Positions 42,200-45,168 of a stretch of DNA of 45,168 nucleotides are shown here, piece by piece. The notes under the pieces are model-generated. The model had not been told where the DNA came from. It searched no databases and was given only the letters and a program-made list of their open reading frames with translations. The stretch lies in the UHGV virus genome UHGV-0041136; one strand, 5' to 3'. The first letter of the stretch is position 1, and each line of letters begins with the position of its first letter. The DNA is from a virus. Made by a program: the position numbers and the translations under genes.

Positions 42200-43667
42200 A
42201 CTCCTGTTGCTGCGCCGACTGCGGAATCTCTCCGGCCACCTGAGTAACGGCACCTAACGGCAACGGTGCATCCTCAATAGCGTTCTGAATATCCTCATCA
42301 GTCCAGTCAGTTACGCCAGCTTTACGCAATGCCGCATAGTAGGCGGTAGCGGGTAACAAGCCGGCGTTGATATCCGCCATCCACTGAGCGCGGTCCTGAG
42401 CCGTCATCGGTTGCAGGAAGAACTCCATGTTAAGTTTGAACTCAATCTCTGTGCCTTCACGCAACCCAAGCATTGCCGCCGCCCAGCGCAACGCATCAGT
42501 GTACGCCATGCTTACGTTACGTGCGATTGTCGCCATAACTGACGTATCAGCGCCGCGTTGTAGGCGGGCCGATTCAGCGGTGATTTGCTGCGTCGGGGTG
42601 ATAAGCTGCGCGCCAATCTGGATAGCCTGATTCTCTTTATCAAGCATATTTTGTTTGGCAAGGTTGTTCTCTCCCGCCTGAACCAGAAACGCATTGCCGC
42701 CGTAGCCAATGTTATGGCCTGAGCGCGACCCCATGCGCACGCCGTGGGGGTTGGCTTCTTTCCATTGCTCCATGCTCATGTTTTCACCAGGAGCGATGAA
42801 TAAAGTGGGCTGGCCTACAACGAAGCTGGACTCCTCATTGTCTGCGCTGTTGCGGAAATGCCCGATATTAAGCTCAGCTAACGGCAGCAAAGGGGCGTCG
42901 TCGATGGTAGCATCGTTGTTGCTTGCCCCAATGAACGTGAACGGGATTTTGCCGCGCAACTGTTCACCAAGTTCCGGGAAGATTTCGATTACTTCACCCT
43001 GAGCACCACCCTCGGCATCGAAGCGGTAAATGCGCTGGCGGTAGCGCCCGTCAATCAAATCGAGAACGCGGTATTGTTCGCCGAACTTGGTTTCGAACTC
43101 AGCGCCCGGTTCTGCGTATTCCCACACCTCACGCAACACGACCATCATCACACGGTTAACTGAACCGATGCGGGTCAGTCGCCAGTTGATGATGTTCTCT
43201 GCGGTGTAGAATGCGATGACCGGGTTTAATAATCCCGCGTTCTGTTCTGCCGCCGTTGCCGCTGCTGTCTCCGGCGCGTCCACCAGCAACCCGCCACGCC
43301 CTACCGAGTCAATCTCCATCAGCGTATCCTGCGCATGCTGCCACAGCCCGACACCGGAGCCGTCGGCGTTACGTAACAGGTACTCCAGTTCAGGCGGGAT
43401 AATTTGCTCGGGGTCTTTGCGCATCACTGACCCGACCATCCCCGCCAGGGTGCGTTTAGTGAAGTTGTAGCAGATAGCGCCGTTCTCGTATTCTTCCTGG
43501 CGCTGGGCGGCGTAGGTCGGGTCAGGCTCGTTCTTCCCGACGTTGCGCAGGTAACGGATGAGGTCGCCTTCCAGCGCGTGGCGGACCTTCTGCCATTTAT
43601 CGAAGTGATGCAGCCATTCCCGGTGTTTAGTCTTAACACCCTGATTCTGACCGTTCATAGTTAACAT
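42198..43667 (-). CDS. portal protein
   Basis: 489 aa immediately downstream of terL with AAGAGGA SD; size and position. Confidence 0.65.
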   Translation of the reverse strand: MLTMNGQNQGVKTKHREWLHHFDKWQKVRHALEGDLIRYLRNVGKNEPDPTYAAQRQEEYENGAICYNFTKRTLAGMVGSVMRKDPEQIIPPELEYLLRNADGSGVGLWQHAQDTLMEIDSVGRGGLLVDAPETAAATAAEQNAGLLNPVIAFYTAENIINWRLTRIGSVNRVMMVVLREVWEYAEPGAEFETKFGEQYRVLDLIDGRYRQRIYRFDAEGGAQGEVIEIFPELGEQLRGKIPFTFIGASNNDATIDDAPLLPLAELNIGHFRNSADNEESSFVVGQPTLFIAPGENMSMEQWKEANPHGVRMGSRSGHNIGYGGNAFLVQAGENNLAKQNMLDKENQAIQIGAQLITPTQQITAESARLQRGADTSVMATIARNVSMAYTDALRWAAAMLGLREGTEIEFKLNMEFFLQPMTAQDRAQWMADINAGLLPATAYYAALRKAGVTDWTDEDIQNAIEDAPLPLGAVTQVAGEIPQSAQQQE

Positions 43668-43679
43668 TGAATAATCCTC

Positions 43680-44930
43680 TTAAAGTGCGAAAGTCACCGG
43701 GATGTTGATTACGGGTTTAACCACCGGCATCTCGTAAACTACAGGATAGCCGAGAGCGTCCGCCATATGGTCAATAACGCCATCTTTAGCAGGCTCTCCG
43801 TTATCGTCATATGCCTGCTGCTCCAGCGTCTTCGCTATCTCAGGGCATAAGTGGTCGTTAACCCACAGCTTACCTTTTTCCAGTGCGGTATTCACGGCTA
43901 AAACACGGTCTTTAACCGGAGGGTTGGCAGATTTAGCGCGAACATCAAACCCGGCCTGCTGGAGTAATGCAATATCAGAGATTGATGCTGAGTTTGTCTT
44001 GCGGTTCTTGCCGCTGGCGTCCGGGTAAACGACGATGCGGTGGCCTTGTGACTTCCACTTCTCCGTAATCACTCTCACGGTGTCCGGCGTATCGAACAGG
44101 CCTTTCAGTTCTGCTACCGCGTGCCAGCCGTCTTTGCGCTGTACGTATACGGCGCTTGCGTTCTTCGTAACGTTGAAGTCCTGCCCGATGTATAGCGTGT
44201 CGCCTGGTTGGATTGTCTCTTTGCTGCGGTGCTTGCGTCGGTCATACGCGTAATACACGCTGCCGGAGGTAAGGTTGACGAACTCACCATTCAAATACGC
44301 GTTAATCAGTTGCGCGGGGTAAGTCTCGGTCAGTGAGCTAATGTAGTCAGGTGGCAGGAATCTCGCGTTCTCGTGAGTGGATGCCTGCACCATCGAGTAA
44401 CTCGGCGTCGGGTTCTCTTTGAACTTGGCGTAGACGAACTTGAACCCTTCCGGTGTCGTGGTAACGGAGATGTGGTTAATTACGCCAGGGATAACAAGAC
44501 GCATACGGGCGACAATTTTGTTCCATGCCAGTTCCGCTTTCTCACGGCTAAGTACATCGAGCTCATCCACGACAGCGGCCGCGATTTTGAAACCGACTAT
44601 CGAGCCGGGGTTATCCATCGAACGGCAGATAACGGTCCCGAGCACAGTCTTACCGCGAGTAACCACGACTTCTTTGTCACCGGATTTAACCAGCACATCG
44701 AGGCCGAGCAGGTTAGCAGCTTCCTCGAATGTCGGGTAAAAGATGTCACGTATGGCCGGGTATGTCGGGCCGAAGTAGCCCAGGCGCGTACCGGGGTGCT
44801 TGAGCATAAACGTAAGCAGGTCAAGGCAGCCGACAAACGTCTTGCCGCTACCGAAGCCGCCGACATATGCCTTGTATTTGTTATCGCAATTCAGGAACAG
44901 CGCCTGAGGGGCGGATAGCTGAATACTCAT
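43680..44930 (-). CDS. terL: terminase large subunit
   Basis: Walker A YVGGFGSGKTFVGC near N-terminus; acidic nuclease-type C-terminal half; ATG overlaps terS stop. Confidence 0.85.
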   Translation of the reverse strand: MSIQLSAPQALFLNCDNKYKAYVGGFGSGKTFVGCLDLLTFMLKHPGTRLGYFGPTYPAIRDIFYPTFEEAANLLGLDVLVKSGDKEVVVTRGKTVLGTVICRSMDNPGSIVGFKIAAAVVDELDVLSREKAELAWNKIVARMRLVIPGVINHISVTTTPEGFKFVYAKFKENPTPSYSMVQASTHENARFLPPDYISSLTETYPAQLINAYLNGEFVNLTSGSVYYAYDRRKHRSKETIQPGDTLYIGQDFNVTKNASAVYVQRKDGWHAVAELKGLFDTPDTVRVITEKWKSQGHRIVVYPDASGKNRKTNSASISDIALLQQAGFDVRAKSANPPVKDRVLAVNTALEKGKLWVNDHLCPEIAKTLEQQAYDDNGEPAKDGVIDHMADALGYPVVYEMPVVKPVINIPVTFAL

Positions 44931-45168
44931 TCCTCTACCTCGCCCATGTTCGTTGTTACGATTTTACCTACAGGCTCTGCAACACTGAAAATAATCTCGG
45001 TAGGGGTTGTTTCTTCGGTCGATTCAACTGGTTTCTCTTTGCCGAGGCCCAGCTTAGCTGCGGCAAACGTAGCAGAGATGCCGGCCGCGCCTGTCTCAGT
45101 GAAGTACGCCTCTTCCAGCGCCTGCGCGGTCTCCCAGGCTTCGGCAAATGCGGGAATCTCGCGCAGCC
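44927..45168 (-). CDS. terS: terminase small subunit, C-terminal part (starts beyond window end; joins 1..304 in frame if circular)
   Basis: minus frame open from 45168 to TGA at 44929..44927; ...LREIPAFAEAWETAQALEEAYFTETGAAGISATFAAAKLGLGKEKPVE...NMGEVEE. Confidence 0.5.
   Translation of the reverse strand, partial: LREIPAFAEAWETAQALEEAYFTETGAAGISATFAAAKLGLGKEKPVESTEETTPTEIIFSVAEPVGKIVTTNMGEVEE

Noticed and set aside
1-45168. Integrase, CI-type repressor, tRNA genes or CRISPR array
   Set aside because: No ORF with tyrosine/serine recombinase hallmarks, no tRNA-like cloverleaf (the 38900..39100 GC-rich stretch was inspected) and no regularly spaced repeats were seen; absence by eye only, not by tool.

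Overview
The window reads as a near-complete genome (45,168 bp, roughly 50% GC by eye) of a tailed dsDNA phage with siphovirus-type structural genes and no integrase, so probably virulent. The small terminase gene spans the window junction: its start is at 304..1 (minus) and its end at 45168..44927 (minus), and the two parts join in frame if the sequence is circular. Layout: (i) 0.5-6.4 kb, minus strand: two leftward operons of small ORFs plus a holin / 2-TM protein / GH24 endolysin cassette, bounded by sigma70-like promoters and intrinsic terminators. (ii) 6.9-20.2 kb, plus strand: replication module (PrimPol-like + RecA-like ATPase, Cas4-like nuclease, SSB-like protein, family A DNA polymerase, VRR-NUC, C5-methyltransferase-like protein, SNF2 helicase) with a divergent XRE-type regulator and an AT-rich accessory tail encoding a lipoprotein. 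(iii) 20.3-45.2 kb, minus strand: tailspike, J-like fibre, K/L/M-like tail proteins, tape measure, G/GT chaperones, major tail, connector proteins, Ig-like proteins, major capsid, scaffold, overlapped spanins, Mu-F-like head protein, portal, terL, terS. The structural operon is interrupted by three opposite-strand cassettes, each with the same promoter/leader and a GGCCCC-N4/5-GGGGCC terminator; they carry an HTH-metallophosphoesterase, a secreted protein, an HNH-AP2 endonuclease and a PAPS-reductase-like protein. A 14-bp inverted repeat (AATAG-N4-CTATT) overlaps the -10 of at least eight promoters and is the best candidate for a phage-wide operator. All calls come from reading the sequence and ORF translations; no database search was run, and family names are motif-based recollections.
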